62,377 bases of DNA, filler included, from Actinomycetota bacterium (GCA_046725875.1; 5 parts of 5 records of this genome joined end to end with filler, not necessarily neighbours in it), one strand, 5' to 3'; shown: positions 19,758 to 30,630, numbered from the whole stretch's first letter. Numbers and translations: made by a program. Notes: generated by a model not told the origin, from the sequence alone.

Positions 19758-21182
19758 ATGTTCAAAAGCGCAGACGAGGTCTTCAAGTTCATCAAGGACG
19801 CGGGCGTCGAGTTCGTCGATGTCCGTTTCTGCGATCTGCCGGGAGTGATGCAGCACTTCACGGTGCCAGTGGAGAACTTCTCCCCCGAGGTCTTTAGCGA
19901 GGGCCTCATGTTTGATGGCTCCTCGATCCGCGGCTTCCAAGCGATCCACGAGTCGGACATGCTCCTGCTGCCCGACCCGTCCACCGCGCTGCTTGACCCG
20001 TTCCGCAGCCTCAAGACGCTGAGCATCACGTTCTTCGTCCACGATCCGCTCACCGGCGAGGCGTACTCCAGGGACCCGCGCAACATCGCCAGGAAGGCGG
20101 AGGAGTACCTGCGAGGCTCGGGCGTCGGCGATACGGCCTACTTCGGCCCCGAGGCCGAGTTCTACATCTTCGACGATGTCCGGTTCGAGACCAGGCAGAA
20201 CTCCGGCTACTACTTCATCGACTCGGTCGAGGCGGCGTGGAACACGGGCCGCGACGAGGAAGGCGGCAACAAGGGATACAAGCCGCGCTATAAGCAGGGC
20301 TACTTTCCCGTCCCACCGACCGACCACCTCACCGACCTGCGATCGGAGATCGTCAAGAGGCTCATCGCGGCCGGGATCAAGGTCGAGATGCAACACCATG
20401 AGGTCGGCACCGCCGGTCAGGCCGAGATCGACTTCAGGTTCGACACGCTGCTCAAGACCGCCGACAATCTGATGACCTTCAAGTACGTCGTCAAGAACAC
20501 GGCCCTGGCCGCCGGGCACACTGTGACGTTCATGCCCAAGCCGATCTTCGGTGACAACGGCTCCGGCATGCACTGCCACCAGTCACTGTGGAAGGACGGC
20601 GCACCGCTGTTCTACGACGAGATCGGCTATGCCGGGCTGTCCGACGTCGCCCGGTACTACATCGGCGGACTGCTCAAGCACGCCCCTTCGCTGCTCGCCT
20701 TCACCAACCCGACCGTGAACTCCTACCACCGGCTCGTTCCGGGCTTCGAGGCGCCGGTCAACTTGGTCTACTCGCAGCGCAACCGGTCGGCATGTGTGCG
20801 GATTCCGATCACGGGCACCAACCCGAAGGCGAAGCGGCTCGAGTTCCGCGTGCCCGACCCGTCCTGCAACCCGTACCTCGCCTTCTCCGCCATGCTCATG
20901 GCCGGCCTGGACGGCATAAAGAACAAGCTCGAGCCGCCCGAGCCGATCGACAAGGATCTCTACGAGCTACCGCCCGAGGAGCACGCGGCCGTGCCGCAGG
21001 TGCCCGGCTCGCTCGAGCAGGTGCTGACCGAGCTCGAGGCCGACCATGACTACCTGCTGGAAGGCGGCGTCTTCACGCCGGACCTGATCGAGACCTGGGT
21101 GTCTTGGAAGCGGGAGAACGAGGTTGACCCCATTCGCCTCCGTCCCCATCCCCACGAGTTCGAGCTCTACTACGATATCTGA
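19758..21182 (+). CDS. glnA: Glutamine synthetase type I (GSI-beta)
   Basis: [51 protein letters not shown], adenylylation loop [22 protein letters not shown]. Confidence 0.98.
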   Translation: MFKSADEVFKFIKDAGVEFVDVRFCDLPGVMQHFTVPVENFSPEVFSEGLMFDGSSIRGFQAIHESDMLLLPDPSTALLDPFRSLKTLSITFFVHDPLTGEAYSRDPRNIARKAEEYLRGSGVGDTAYFGPEAEFYIFDDVRFETRQNSGYYFIDSVEAAWNTGRDEEGGNKGYKPRYKQGYFPVPPTDHLTDLRSEIVKRLIAAGIKVEMQHHEVGTAGQAEIDFRFDTLLKTADNLMTFKYVVKNTALAAGHTVTFMPKPIFGDNGSGMHCHQSLWKDGAPLFYDEIGYAGLSDVARYYIGGLLKHAPSLLAFTNPTVNSYHRLVPGFEAPVNLVYSQRNRSACVRIPITGTNPKAKRLEFRVPDPSCNPYLAFSAMLMAGLDGIKNKLEPPEPIDKDLYELPPEEHAAVPQVPGSLEQVLTELEADHDYLLEGGVFTPDLIETWVSWKRENEVDPIRLRPHPHEFELYYDI

Positions 21183-21202
21183 GCGGCGCGTGCCGTCGAC
21201 CA

Positions 21203-21239
21203 GCGCCTGGCCAGGGTCATCATGCCCCCGACCAGGCGC
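21203..21239 (+). terminator. Hairpin downstream of glnA
   Basis: gcgcctgg / ccaggcgc 8-bp arms with partially paired interior. Confidence 0.35.
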
Positions 21240-21573
21240 CTCGGCGTTCGATGGTCGCCGCGGATTGTCATCGATCTGTGCTGGAGTCCAGAGTCGCTGG
21301 AGCCCGCCCGGCTCACATCAAATGAGCTGATCGGGAAGTCTCGGGGTGATTCCTGAGTTGCACCTGAAGTCCCGCGCTCGACCGGTAATGCGCTGCCGGT
21401 CAAGCTGGGCGATCTGGCAGACTTTCATATCTTGAGGCCGACAGATCGGCGTCGAAACGGACGCCCGGCTGGTGAGGCCCGGGCGAGGCAGGGTCACAGG
21501 ATCGCGGACTCATGGTCCAACCGATCGACCCGCGGGGCTGGAGCGGCGAGCGACTGAGAAGGGGATCGCGGTG

Positions 21574-22482
21574 ATGATCATCCGGACGGGGCAGAGCGAG
21601 CACCCGACCGGGGTTGCCGCGCGCCCGGCCGGGGCCGTCCACAGCTCTGGCCTGAACCGTGATCATGGCTCGGGCCATGGCCCGAGTCGCGCCTGGTTCA
21701 CCCGTCTTCCGTGGCGGCGCGGCCGTCGCCCCAGCGTGCTCTTCGAGATCGCTCTGATCCTCTCGGGCTACTGGCTCTACTCGATAGTGCGAAACGGGGT
21801 GCCGGTGAAGGTGGCCGCCGCCACCGAACGGGCCCGGGAGCTCTACGACTTCGAGAAGGCGATCGGTCTCGCCATCGAGAAGCCGATCAACCATGCCGTC
21901 GATTCGATCACTTGGCTGGTCGTCGGCACCAACTACTACTACGCCACGATGCACTTCGTCGTCACGATCGCAGTGCTCGTGTGGATGTGGCAGAGCCATC
22001 CGGCCCGTTACCGGCCGCTGCGCCGGGTCCTCTACCTGACCAACGGGGTCGCGCTGCTCGGCTTCTGGCTATTCCCGCTCGCGCCGCCGCGCTTCCTTGC
22101 CGGCGAGGGCTTCGTCGATACCGTGGTAAAGCACCACACCTGGGGATCGTGGGGTTCCGCGGATGTTGCTTCCTACTCGAACCAGTACGCAGCGATGCCG
22201 TCGATGCACTGCGCTTGGGCACTATGGTGTGGCCTGATCATCGTGACCCTGGCGCAGCACCGCTGGGTGAAGGTGCTCGGCATCGTCTACCCGGCGGCCA
22301 CCGCCTTCGTAGTAGTAGCCACCGGCAACCACTTCGTGCTCGACATCGCCGGCGGCTACGCGGCCCTCGGCTTGGCGTTTGCCGGTCAGCGGCTGGTCTT
22401 CCGCCGCCCCGCGCTGCTCCGTCCGCGAGCCGTAGGTCAGCGAGCGGGTGAGCGAGCGGCCGCGGGTGCGGGCGCCGCTTGA
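21574..22482 (+). CDS. PAP2 superfamily membrane protein (Aur1/inositolphosphotransferase-like)
   Basis: YYYATMHF, FPLAPPRF, NQYAAMPSMHCAWA, ATGNHFVLD; start uncertain. Confidence 0.88.
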   Translation: MIIRTGQSEHPTGVAARPAGAVHSSGLNRDHGSGHGPSRAWFTRLPWRRGRRPSVLFEIALILSGYWLYSIVRNGVPVKVAAATERARELYDFEKAIGLAIEKPINHAVDSITWLVVGTNYYYATMHFVVTIAVLVWMWQSHPARYRPLRRVLYLTNGVALLGFWLFPLAPPRFLAGEGFVDTVVKHHTWGSWGSADVASYSNQYAAMPSMHCAWALWCGLIIVTLAQHRWVKVLGIVYPAATAFVVVATGNHFVLDIAGGYAALGLAFAGQRLVFRRPALLRPRAVGQRAGERAAAGAGAA

Positions 22483-23747
22483 GTAGCCGATCGTCTTGTC
22501 AGCTCACTGATTGCAGCTGGCCACTGGGTCGCGAGCAAGCCCACGAAGACCAAGCCGGTCGAGCCTGAAATCCCTACTGCCGCCGCCGGTGTGACCAGGT
22601 CGGCAAGCCGGCCGGCGAGCGCGAATCCGGTCGCCGTGAACAGGGACAGCCCGGCGGCGGCAACGCCATTGATCCGACCGCGGCTCTGCGGTGATGTCAC
22701 AAGGTTGACTCCGACGACCATAAGGACGATGAAGGCCTGCAGCATGCCGCTGGTAAACCAGAGCGCGATGGCGATCCACGGCGGTGGGTCGGCGAAGGTT
22801 GCCACCAGGGGCAGCAGGGCGCCAGCCGCGAGCAATGGACCAAGCTGGGCGCCGCGCACCGGGCTAAGCCGCGACACGAAGATCACACCGACCGCCCCCC
22901 CGGCCGGCACCGCCGCGATCAGCAGCCCACCGAGATCGGCCGCATCGTGCGCGCGGCCGTACGCGAGCGCGACCGCTTCCGGCGCGATGAGGAAGCCAAT
23001 CGTCGCCCAGACCAGCAAAACGAACGGCCGGCGAACCGGGTCGCCGAAGATGAGGCTCACGCCCTGAAGGGTGTCTGCCAAGTAGCCACGAAGGCCGCCG
23101 CGGCCCTCCATGAACGCCGGCCGCATCCGGACCATAAACTTGATCAGCAGATAGGACGCGACGAAGGTCAGCGCGTCGACGACCAACCCGACCCGCGCCG
23201 AGAACAGATGGACAACGAGGCCCGCGGCGGTGAGCCCGATCACCTGGTTGGCCTGGTTGAGTCCGCGCGAGAGTGACGAGCCGACCAGATATTGCTGCGG
23301 GTCCGTCAGTATGTCCGGGAGCGTCGCGGACCTGGCGGCCAGGAACGGTTGGCTGAAGAGCTCGGCGAACAGCAGCAACGCGAACAACACCCACAGCGGC
23401 GTGCCGTCGACGGCCAGCAGGGCGAGCACGCCGACGGTCCCGGCACGGGCCAGATCGCAGACGATCATTACTCGCTTGCGTGGCATTCGGTCCGCGAACG
23501 GTGACAGCAGAACACCCCCGAACACGCCCGGGATGTAACCGACGACGAATGCGAATGCGGCGTAGAAGACGCTGTCGGAGCGATCGAGGACGAGCGCGGC
23601 GAGAGCGAACCTGGCGAAGTGGTCGCCGACCTCACTTGTGACCTGTGCCAGGATCAGGCCACGAAACTCGCGGTTGCGCCGCAGCAGTCGCGCGTAATTC
23701 AAGGTCGGACGACGCGAAGCACTCGTGGTCGAGTCCTTGCCGCTCAC
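22437..23747 (-). CDS. MFS transporter (macrolide-efflux/Tap-like)
   Basis: ~12 TM segments, FADRMPRKRVMIVCDLAR motif A; start overlaps glnE stop by 4 nt. Confidence 0.88.
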   Translation of the reverse strand: MSGKDSTTSASRRPTLNYARLLRRNREFRGLILAQVTSEVGDHFARFALAALVLDRSDSVFYAAFAFVVGYIPGVFGGVLLSPFADRMPRKRVMIVCDLARAGTVGVLALLAVDGTPLWVLFALLLFAELFSQPFLAARSATLPDILTDPQQYLVGSSLSRGLNQANQVIGLTAAGLVVHLFSARVGLVVDALTFVASYLLIKFMVRMRPAFMEGRGGLRGYLADTLQGVSLIFGDPVRRPFVLLVWATIGFLIAPEAVALAYGRAHDAADLGGLLIAAVPAGGAVGVIFVSRLSPVRGAQLGPLLAAGALLPLVATFADPPPWIAIALWFTSGMLQAFIVLMVVGVNLVTSPQSRGRINGVAAAGLSLFTATGFALAGRLADLVTPAAAVGISGSTGLVFVGLLATQWPAAISELTRRSATQAAPAPAAARSPAR

Positions 23748-26700
23748 GAGTAAAAGATCCTCTCCACAGTTCCCCGCGCTCGCCTCGTCGTTCTCCGATA
23801 GTCCTCGACCAGCTCGCCGCTGCTTTGGTAGCGGAGGAGCCGAGCCACGCCGGCCAGCTCGGGTGCCTCAACGGGCAGGCTGTCTCCGGCTCTGCCGCGG
23901 ACGAGGGTGGTCGTGTTCCGCACCCGGGAGGCTAGTCGCCACGCGGCGGACAGAGTAGAGGCCGCCTGCGGCTCTACCAAATTGGTAGCAACTGCCGCAT
24001 CGAGGGCAGCCATCGTGCTGGTCGACCGCAGTTGCTGGTAGACCCCGGCGTGCCGGAGCTGCAGCAGCTGGACGGTCCACTCCACGTCGGCGAGACCGCC
24101 GGGACCGAGCTTCGTGTTACGCGCCGGGTCCGCGCCGCGGGGGAGCCGTTCGCTCTCCACCCGGGCCTTGATCCGCCTGATCTCCCGTATATCGGCAGCA
24201 TCGAGCCCGCCCCCCGGCCAGCGGAGCGGAGCTATCGCGTCGAGGAAGCGCAAACCAAGCTCCCGATCGCCGGCGACCGGCTCGGCCCGGAGCAGCGCCT
24301 GCCGCTCCCATACCTCGCCCCAACGCTCGTAATACGCCAGGTACGACGCGAGGGTCCGCACCAACGGTCCCTGCCGCCCCTCCGGCCGCAGCCCCGCGTC
24401 GACGAGAAGCGGGGGGTCGGGCGCGGGCAGGGCGAGCAGGCGGCGCAGCTCGTTGGCGACGGCGTGCGCCGCGTCGGAGGCTTCCCGCTCCGAAGCGCCG
24501 GGGCGGGGATCGTGTACAAACAGGACATCAGCGTCGCTGCCGTAACTTTGCTCGTGTCCGCCGAACCGACCCATGGCGACCACGGTCAGCCGGGTTGGGA
24601 GCCGCCCCTCGCCGGCGACGGCGCGGGTCGCGGCAGCGAGGCCGGCGCCGATGACGGCCGCAGTTACCGCAGTGAGTGCGTCACCGACCTCGTCCACCGA
24701 CAGTATCCCGAGCAGGTCCGCGACGGCGATGCGAAGCAGCTCCCGGCGACGGATCGCCCGGCACACCGCGGCCGCATCTTCGGGCGATCCGGCGCGGACT
24801 ACCGCCGCCTGCGCCTGTGCGGCCAAGACCTGTGTGTCCGTTGGATGGAGCTGCGTGTCGTCCGCGAGCAACGCCACCGCCTCCGGGGCGTGCAGCAGCA
24901 AGTCTGTCGCATACCTGCTGAAGGCGAGGACCCGGGCGAGTCGCTGTGCGGTCACCCCCTCATCTCGGAGAAGCCGCAGGTACCACGGCGTGCTGCCGAG
25001 TGCCTCGCTGACCTTCCGGAAGGCAAGAAGGCCCGTGTCAGGATCGGGGGCGTCCGCGAACCAGCCGAGCATCACAGGCAGGAGCGTCCGTTGAATTGCG
25101 GCGCGGCGGGCGACGCCCGTCGTGAGTGCCTCGATATGTCGCAGCGCTCCGGCGGGATCGGCGTAGCCGAGGGCCTCCAGGCGGTGTCGCGCAGCCTCCG
25201 GCGTAAGCCTGACGTCGTCGGTGTGCAGCCTGGAGACCGCCAGAAGGAGCGGCCGGTAGAACAGCTTCTCGTGCAGCCGGTGGGCAGTGCGCTGGTGCTC
25301 CCGCCACGCCGCGATGAGCTCTCCAACCGGATCCGCACGCAAGCCCAGGCCACGGCCGAGCCGGCGCAGGTCCTCTTCCCCGGTCGGGAGCAGATGCGTG
25401 CGGCGCATCCGGTATAGCTGGAGGCGATGCTCGAGCAATCGGAGGAAGCGGTAAGTGTCGGCGAGCTGTGCGGCATCGACCCTGGCCACGTAGCCACCGC
25501 CGGCCAGTGCCCGCAGCGCGTCGAGGGTACTGCCTGATCGAAGTGCCTCATCGCTACGCCCGTGTACGAGCTGGAGGAGCTGCACGGCGAACTCGACATC
25601 ACGCAGCCCGCCGCGACCAAGCTTGATCTGACGGTCGGCCTCACTGGCCGGAATGTGCTCCTCGACCCGCCGGCGCATCGTCTGGACGTTCTCGACGAAG
25701 CCGTCCCGGTCCCCCGCCGACCACACGAGCGGCGCGACGGATGCGATGTACTCGTCGCCTAGCGTACGGTCGCCGGCGACTGGGCGCGCTTTCAGCAGCG
25801 CCTGGAACTCCCAGGCCTTGGCCCACCGCTCGTAATAGGCGCGATGGCTAGAAATGGTGCGGACCAGTGCGCCAGCGTTGCCCTCCGGCCGCAGCGCCGC
25901 GTCAACGGGCCATAGGGCGCCCTCGGCCGTAACGGTCGAGCAAGCGCGGATTAGGCGGGCAGCGAGCCGGTGAGCGGTAGCCAGCCGGTCTTCCGGCTCG
26001 GCGACGAAGACGACGTCGACGTCGCTGACGTAATTGAGTTCGCGGCCGCCCAGCTTCCCCATGCCGATCACTGCCAGCCGGCAGGGCGGGGCATCAGGCG
26101 GCAGGTCGGCGCGGGCGATCGCGAGCGCCGCCTCCAGCGCCGCCGCAGCCAGGTCGGATAGTCCGGCGGCCGTCTCCTCGATGTCGGACTCCCTCGCCAA
26201 GTCACGACCGGCGATCCCGAGCAGCTCGCGCCGGTAACGGACGCGCAGCGCGTCCAGCGCGACCGGCCCGTCAGGTCGTGAGGTCGGCGTCTCCGCACCC
26301 GGGTCGGCTCCTACTGCCTCCAGCAGCCCGGCTCGAAAGTCGCTAGTTCCCGCGGATGGCCCGGCGGCCGGCGACAGAAATCCCTCAGACCGACCCTCTT
26401 GATGCCCCGGACGGCCGTCGACCGCCTCGGCATCGCGCGGGGCCTCGGCGGTTGCAGGGGGTTCCTCGGCAAGCGACCGCCAGTGTTCCGGGTGCCGTAC
26501 AAGAAAATCGCCGAGCGCGGCGCTCGACCCAAGAACCGCCAGGAGGCGGCGCCAAGCTACTTGATCGGAACCGATTGCCCGCCCCAACGCAGGCCCACCG
26601 GCCTGCAAGAGCCTCGCCAGAGACTGGAGGGCAAGATCAGGGTCCGCCACCTCGGCGAGCGCATCCAGTAGGTCCGGCCGGTGGGCCGTGTCGAAGACGG

Positions 26701-26800
26701 GGGCTTCGAGTGTGGTCAGGGCACGCGGCGGATCGGCGAATCCGAGCCGGGCGAGCAGGGTCGCCGGCGCCTCCTGCCGACCACGCTCACCGACCGTCAC
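23744..26800 (-). CDS. glnE: Bifunctional glutamine synthetase adenylyltransferase/adenylyl-removing enzyme
   Basis: Two nucleotidyltransferase domains: MGKLGGRELNYVSDVD..DAALRPEG and MGRFGGHEQSYGSDAD..DAGLRPEG; GTG start at 26800 inferred. Confidence 0.97.
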   Translation of the reverse strand: MTVGERGRQEAPATLLARLGFADPPRALTTLEAPVFDTAHRPDLLDALAEVADPDLALQSLARLLQAGGPALGRAIGSDQVAWRRLLAVLGSSAALGDFLVRHPEHWRSLAEEPPATAEAPRDAEAVDGRPGHQEGRSEGFLSPAAGPSAGTSDFRAGLLEAVGADPGAETPTSRPDGPVALDALRVRYRRELLGIAGRDLARESDIEETAAGLSDLAAAALEAALAIARADLPPDAPPCRLAVIGMGKLGGRELNYVSDVDVVFVAEPEDRLATAHRLAARLIRACSTVTAEGALWPVDAALRPEGNAGALVRTISSHRAYYERWAKAWEFQALLKARPVAGDRTLGDEYIASVAPLVWSAGDRDGFVENVQTMRRRVEEHIPASEADRQIKLGRGGLRDVEFAVQLLQLVHGRSDEALRSGSTLDALRALAGGGYVARVDAAQLADTYRFLRLLEHRLQLYRMRRTHLLPTGEEDLRRLGRGLGLRADPVGELIAAWREHQRTAHRLHEKLFYRPLLLAVSRLHTDDVRLTPEAARHRLEALGYADPAGALRHIEALTTGVARRAAIQRTLLPVMLGWFADAPDPDTGLLAFRKVSEALGSTPWYLRLLRDEGVTAQRLARVLAFSRYATDLLLHAPEAVALLADDTQLHPTDTQVLAAQAQAAVVRAGSPEDAAAVCRAIRRRELLRIAVADLLGILSVDEVGDALTAVTAAVIGAGLAAATRAVAGEGRLPTRLTVVAMGRFGGHEQSYGSDADVLFVHDPRPGASEREASDAAHAVANELRRLLALPAPDPPLLVDAGLRPEGRQGPLVRTLASYLAYYERWGEVWERQALLRAEPVAGDRELGLRFLDAIAPLRWPGGGLDAADIREIRRIKARVESERLPRGADPARNTKLGPGGLADVEWTVQLLQLRHAGVYQQLRSTSTMAALDAAVATNLVEPQAASTLSAAWRLASRVRNTTTLVRGRAGDSLPVEAPELAGVARLLRYQSSGELVEDYRRTTRRARGTVERIFYS

Positions 26801-26816
26801 TTGTGCCCGTGCCTTG

Positions 26817-27404
26817 TCAGCCGTGCTCCTTGAGGACAAGCTCTGCAACGTCCCGCATGGTGACCCGCTTGTCCATCGACGTCTTCTGGATCCAGCGGAA
26901 CGCGGCCGGCTCGGTCAGGCCGAACTTCGTCTGCAGGATGCCCTTAGCGCGGTCCACGAGCTTGCGCGTCTCGAGTAGCTCGGTGAGATCGGCCACCTCG
27001 GCCTCGAGGGTGGTGATCTCCGCGTAGCGGGCGGTTGCCATCTCGATCGCGGGCACCAGCTCGGACTTGTTGAACGGCTTGACGACGTAGGCCATCGCGC
27101 CCGCCTCGCGGGCCCGTTCGACCAGCTCGCGTTGGGAGAACGCGGTGAGGATCAGTACCGGCGCGATCCGTCCGTCGACGATCCGCTCGGCGGCCGAGAT
27201 GCCGTCCAGTACAGGCATCTTCACGTCGAGGATGACCAGGTCCGGCCGATGTTCATCGGCCAGCTTGACCGCCGCCTCGCCGTCGCCGGCCTCGGCTACC
27301 ACGTCGTAGCCTTCCTCCTTCAACATCTCGGCAAGATCCATCCGGATCAGGGCTTCATCCTCCGCAACCACAACCCGTTTGCGGCCGGGATCAGTGGTGC
27401 TCAC
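26817..27404 (-). CDS. pdtaR: ANTAR-domain response regulator (PdtaR/Rv1626-like)
   Basis: Receiver AEDEALIRMDL..LDVKMP..VKPF plus ANTAR RKLVDRAKGILQ..EPAAFRWIQKTSMD. Confidence 0.93.
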   Translation of the reverse strand: MSTTDPGRKRVVVAEDEALIRMDLAEMLKEEGYDVVAEAGDGEAAVKLADEHRPDLVILDVKMPVLDGISAAERIVDGRIAPVLILTAFSQRELVERAREAGAMAYVVKPFNKSELVPAIEMATARYAEITTLEAEVADLTELLETRKLVDRAKGILQTKFGLTEPAAFRWIQKTSMDKRVTMRDVAELVLKEHG

Positions 27405-27503
27405 TGCATCATCCTCAACGTTGCCAGCCTCATTTGCTCGGCAGCGAGCCTACCGGGAGAATAGACTCGCTCCGTTGCTGGCGGAGGTAGCTTTGTCCGC
27501 AAT

Positions 27504-27579
27504 GCCCCGGTAGCCCAATTCGGTAGCAGGCACGGGCTTCAAAATCCCGACAGTGTGGGTTCGAGTCCCACCCGGGGCA
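27504..27579 (+). tRNA. tRNA-Leu(CAA) with short variable loop
   Basis: Acceptor GCCCCGG/CCGGGGC-A, T arm GTGGG-TTCGAGT-CCCAC, anticodon loop TT-CAA-AA; divergent from pdtaR as usual in actinobacteria. Confidence 0.9.
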
Positions 27580-28096
27580 CTTTCGATCTTGAAGAGGTCC
27601 CGAAGCGACTCTGTCAGTGCTTGGTCGCGATCATTGATGCCGGGTATGGGACTGCGGTCCGCCGTCACGCTGCCGAGCTGAGCGAGAGTGGTCTCACCCC
27701 TTTCTGAGATCGGTCGGCGCAGGGCTAAACAGGGCAACGTTGCGCGACTGGCGGCGGTCGGGCGGTGCGCGCGCCCCGCCGCGACCTGCGCGACGGATGC
27801 ATGCGTCGTGATACTGACGACCTCCGAGAGGGCGTGGCGGCCGCGTACGCCTACCTGCTTGGCCTGGCGATATGCCAAAACGATGACGATTTCGGTTGCG
27901 CGGAGGGACGCAGTCGCGGCCCTCGACAAGCTCGTTGGGCCGAAATACTAAGGGCACGAGCAAGCAGCCCCACCGCCTTGACCTACGTGTCGAGGTCGAG
28001 CTGGTCAACGATGGCGAGCCCTGACTCGGTCCGGTACGTTCCATCCGGTCCGAGCTCGCCCGGGCAGGCCGAGCGCACCTCGGTAGCGTCCGGCTC

Positions 28097-28427
28097 ATGA
28101 CCGTCGGCCGATCGATCGTCCTGTTCCTGTTGCTGCCCTGGCGGAGATCAGCGGCGCCTGGCTGGTTTGGCAGGGCAGGCGCGGACACCGAGGCCCGTCC
28201 TGGGTTGCCGCCGGTTTGCTGGTCCTGGGTGCATACGGTATGTCGCGACGTTCCAACCGGACCCGCACTTCGGGCGCGTCTTGGCTGCCTACGGCGGCGC
28301 GTTCGTGGCCGGTTCTCTTGCTTCGGGCATGTTGGTGGACCAGTTCCGACCAGATAAGTGGGACCTGATTGGTGCGGCCATGTGCCTGCTGGGGGTCGCC
28401 TTCATCATGTACTCGCCGCGCGGCTGA
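28097..28427 (+). pseudogene. YnfA (UPF0060) family membrane protein, two frameshifts
   Basis: [11 protein letters not shown] / [15 protein letters not shown] / [31 protein letters not shown] occupy three frames (shifts near 28130 and 28240). Confidence 0.8.
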
Positions 28428-28485
28428 GCTGCGTCCGGGTGACCGCTCCTGGCGCGCTTAGATCCGGTGTGCAGCGCCGGCCGAG

Positions 28486-29934
28486 TCAGATCGGGCGGCG
28501 GTAGGCAGGGGCGACGCCGGCAGCGACATCGCCCATCCGGTGGACGCGCATCGCGTTGGTCGATCCCGGAATGCCGGGCGGGCTTCCAGCGACGATAACG
28601 ACCCGGTCTCCGACCTGGCACCGGCCGATTCCGAGCAGCTCTCGCTCGACCTGAGCCACCATCTCGTCGGTGTGCTCGACGCCGGGCACCAGGAAGGTCT
28701 CGACGCCCCAGGTCAGAGCGAGCTGGCTGCGCACCTCCGGCACGGGCGTGAACGCGAGCAGCGGGATCGGTGAGCGATAGCGCGCGAGCCGCCTGGCCGT
28801 GTCGCCGCTTTGCGTGAAGGCGATCAGACATTTGGCATCCACGAACTCGCCCACCTCGGCCGCGGCCCGGGCGATCGCTGCACCCACCGTGCGCGGCGGT
28901 GCCATCAGCGGCTGGAGGTGGGTGAGCGTCGCCTCCTCGACCGCTTCAATGATCCGGACCATGGTCCGGGCCACCACGAGCGGGTACGCGCCAATGCTGG
29001 TCTCACCCGACAACATGAGCGCGTCGGCGCCATCGAGCACCGCGTTTGCCACATCGGACGCCTCGGCCCGGGTCGGCCGCGCCGCCGCGATCATCGACTC
29101 CAGCATCTGGGTCGCGACGATGACCGGCTTCGCGTTACGGAGCGCAAGCTCGACTGCGGCTTTTTGCACGAGCGGCACGCGTTCCAGCGGTAGCTCCACC
29201 CCGAGGTCGCCGCGGGCCACCATGATCCCATCGAAGGCATCGACGATCTCCTCCAGATTGTCGACCGCCTGCGGCTTCTCGATCTTCGCCAGCACGGGCA
29301 GCCGGGCACCCTGCTCGTCCATGAGCCGATGTACCTGGGCGACATCTTTGGGCGATCGTACAAACGACAGCGCGACCAGGTCGGCACGCAGGCCAAGCGC
29401 CCACCTGAGATCGGTCGTGTCCTTCTCGGAGAGGGCGGGCACCCTTAGTGCCACGCCAGGCAGGTTGAGGCCCTTGTGATCGGAGAGAACGCCACCCTCC
29501 AGCACCCGGGTAACCACGCGGGTGTCGTCGACCGCGACCGCTTCCAGGACAACCCGGCCGTCGTCGACGAGGATGCGATCGGCGGCCCGAACGTCGCCGG
29601 GCAGGCCTGAGTACGAGGTCGAGCAGGCCGACCGGTCGCCCACGATCGCTTCGGTAGTGATCGTGAACTTGTCACCCGGCCGCACCTGGACTTGGCCGGA
29701 GGCGAAGCGCCCAAGCCGGATCTTCGGCCCCTGCAGGTCGACGAGAACGGCGGTTCCGTGCCCGGTCTCGTCGGCCGCCTGCCTGACCCAGCGGTAACGC
29801 TCCTCGTGCTCGGCGTACTTTCCGTGGCTCAGGTTGAGCCGGGCCACGTCCATACCCGCAGCAATGAGCGCCCGGATCTGCTCGTACGTCGACACAGCCG
29901 GCCCGAGCGTGCAGATCATCTTCGCCCGCCGCAC
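28486..29934 (-). CDS. pyk: Pyruvate kinase
   Basis: KMICTLGP, RLNLSHG, DLQGPKIR, AKIEK, MVARGDLGVE, ATQMLESM, MLSGETS. Confidence 0.98.
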   Translation of the reverse strand: MRRAKMICTLGPAVSTYEQIRALIAAGMDVARLNLSHGKYAEHEERYRWVRQAADETGHGTAVLVDLQGPKIRLGRFASGQVQVRPGDKFTITTEAIVGDRSACSTSYSGLPGDVRAADRILVDDGRVVLEAVAVDDTRVVTRVLEGGVLSDHKGLNLPGVALRVPALSEKDTTDLRWALGLRADLVALSFVRSPKDVAQVHRLMDEQGARLPVLAKIEKPQAVDNLEEIVDAFDGIMVARGDLGVELPLERVPLVQKAAVELALRNAKPVIVATQMLESMIAAARPTRAEASDVANAVLDGADALMLSGETSIGAYPLVVARTMVRIIEAVEEATLTHLQPLMAPPRTVGAAIARAAAEVGEFVDAKCLIAFTQSGDTARRLARYRSPIPLLAFTPVPEVRSQLALTWGVETFLVPGVEHTDEMVAQVERELLGIGRCQVGDRVVIVAGSPPGIPGSTNAMRVHRMGDVAAGVAPAYRRPI

Positions 29935-30002
29935 TCGGAAACCCTATGGGAGACCAGCGCCGATCTCGAAGTCGAGGACCGATCAATATACGATCTTCAG
30001 GC

Positions 30003-30419
30003 ATGGCGGTAACGACGTACATAAACCCGGAAGGGCTGCATACCAATCCGGCATACAGCCAGGCCGTGAAGGTGTCGGCGGGCGCCGATCTCCTGTTCAT
30101 AGGCGGCCAGAACGGCGTCGACGTGAGCGGCCGGCTCGTGGCGTCAGATCTGGCCGGTCAGGCCAGGCAGGCCATGGCGAACGTACGGGCCTGCCTCGCT
30201 GCGGCTGGCGCAGACATAACCGACGTCGTGAAGTGGAACGTCCTCATTCGGGACGGCGAGCCGCTGCTCGAGGGATTTGCCGCGTTCCAGGAGGCTTGGG
30301 GCCAACGGCCTAACCCACCGGCGATCACCGGGGTCTTCGTGGCCAACCTCGCGATACCCGACGCCCTCGTGGAAATCGAGGCCGTCGCCGCCGTTCCGAG
30401 CCAAGGCATGCTGCGGTAG
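30003..30419 (+). CDS. RidA/YjgF family protein
   Basis: INPEGL..AYSQAV..LFIGGQ..DVVK..LVEIEAVA. Confidence 0.88.
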   Translation: MAVTTYINPEGLHTNPAYSQAVKVSAGADLLFIGGQNGVDVSGRLVASDLAGQARQAMANVRACLAAAGADITDVVKWNVLIRDGEPLLEGFAAFQEAWGQRPNPPAITGVFVANLAIPDALVEIEAVAAVPSQGMLR

Positions 30420-30581
30420 ACGCGATCACTTCGACCGCTGTTTGATCCGCCAAGCTCACCTAACGGATGCGATGCGACTCGAATACGACACGCCATGGTC
30501 AGGACTCAGACGCATGCTGGATCAAACTGCAGGTTGGTCACGACGGCGGCGGGGCTAACCCCTAACCGATAGCGACCGATC

Positions 30582-30630
30582 CCGGGCAGCCCGTGTGGCA
30601 GAACGGGATGCCGCAGTCCATGCAGCGCCC
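30582..30630 (-). pseudogene. gltD: ~16-codon remnant of glutamate synthase small subunit
   Basis: [16 protein letters not shown] is the GltD N-terminal Fe-S motif. Confidence 0.85.

Noticed and set aside
27535..27550. TCA (Sec/opal suppressor) reading of the anticodon loop
   Set aside because: Stem symmetry centres CAA; there is no long arm or extended acceptor stem, and synteny fits tRNA-Leu
27580..28096. Integrase or att remnant after the tRNA
   Set aside because: No recognisable tyrosine recombinase motif and no duplicated tRNA 3' end seen
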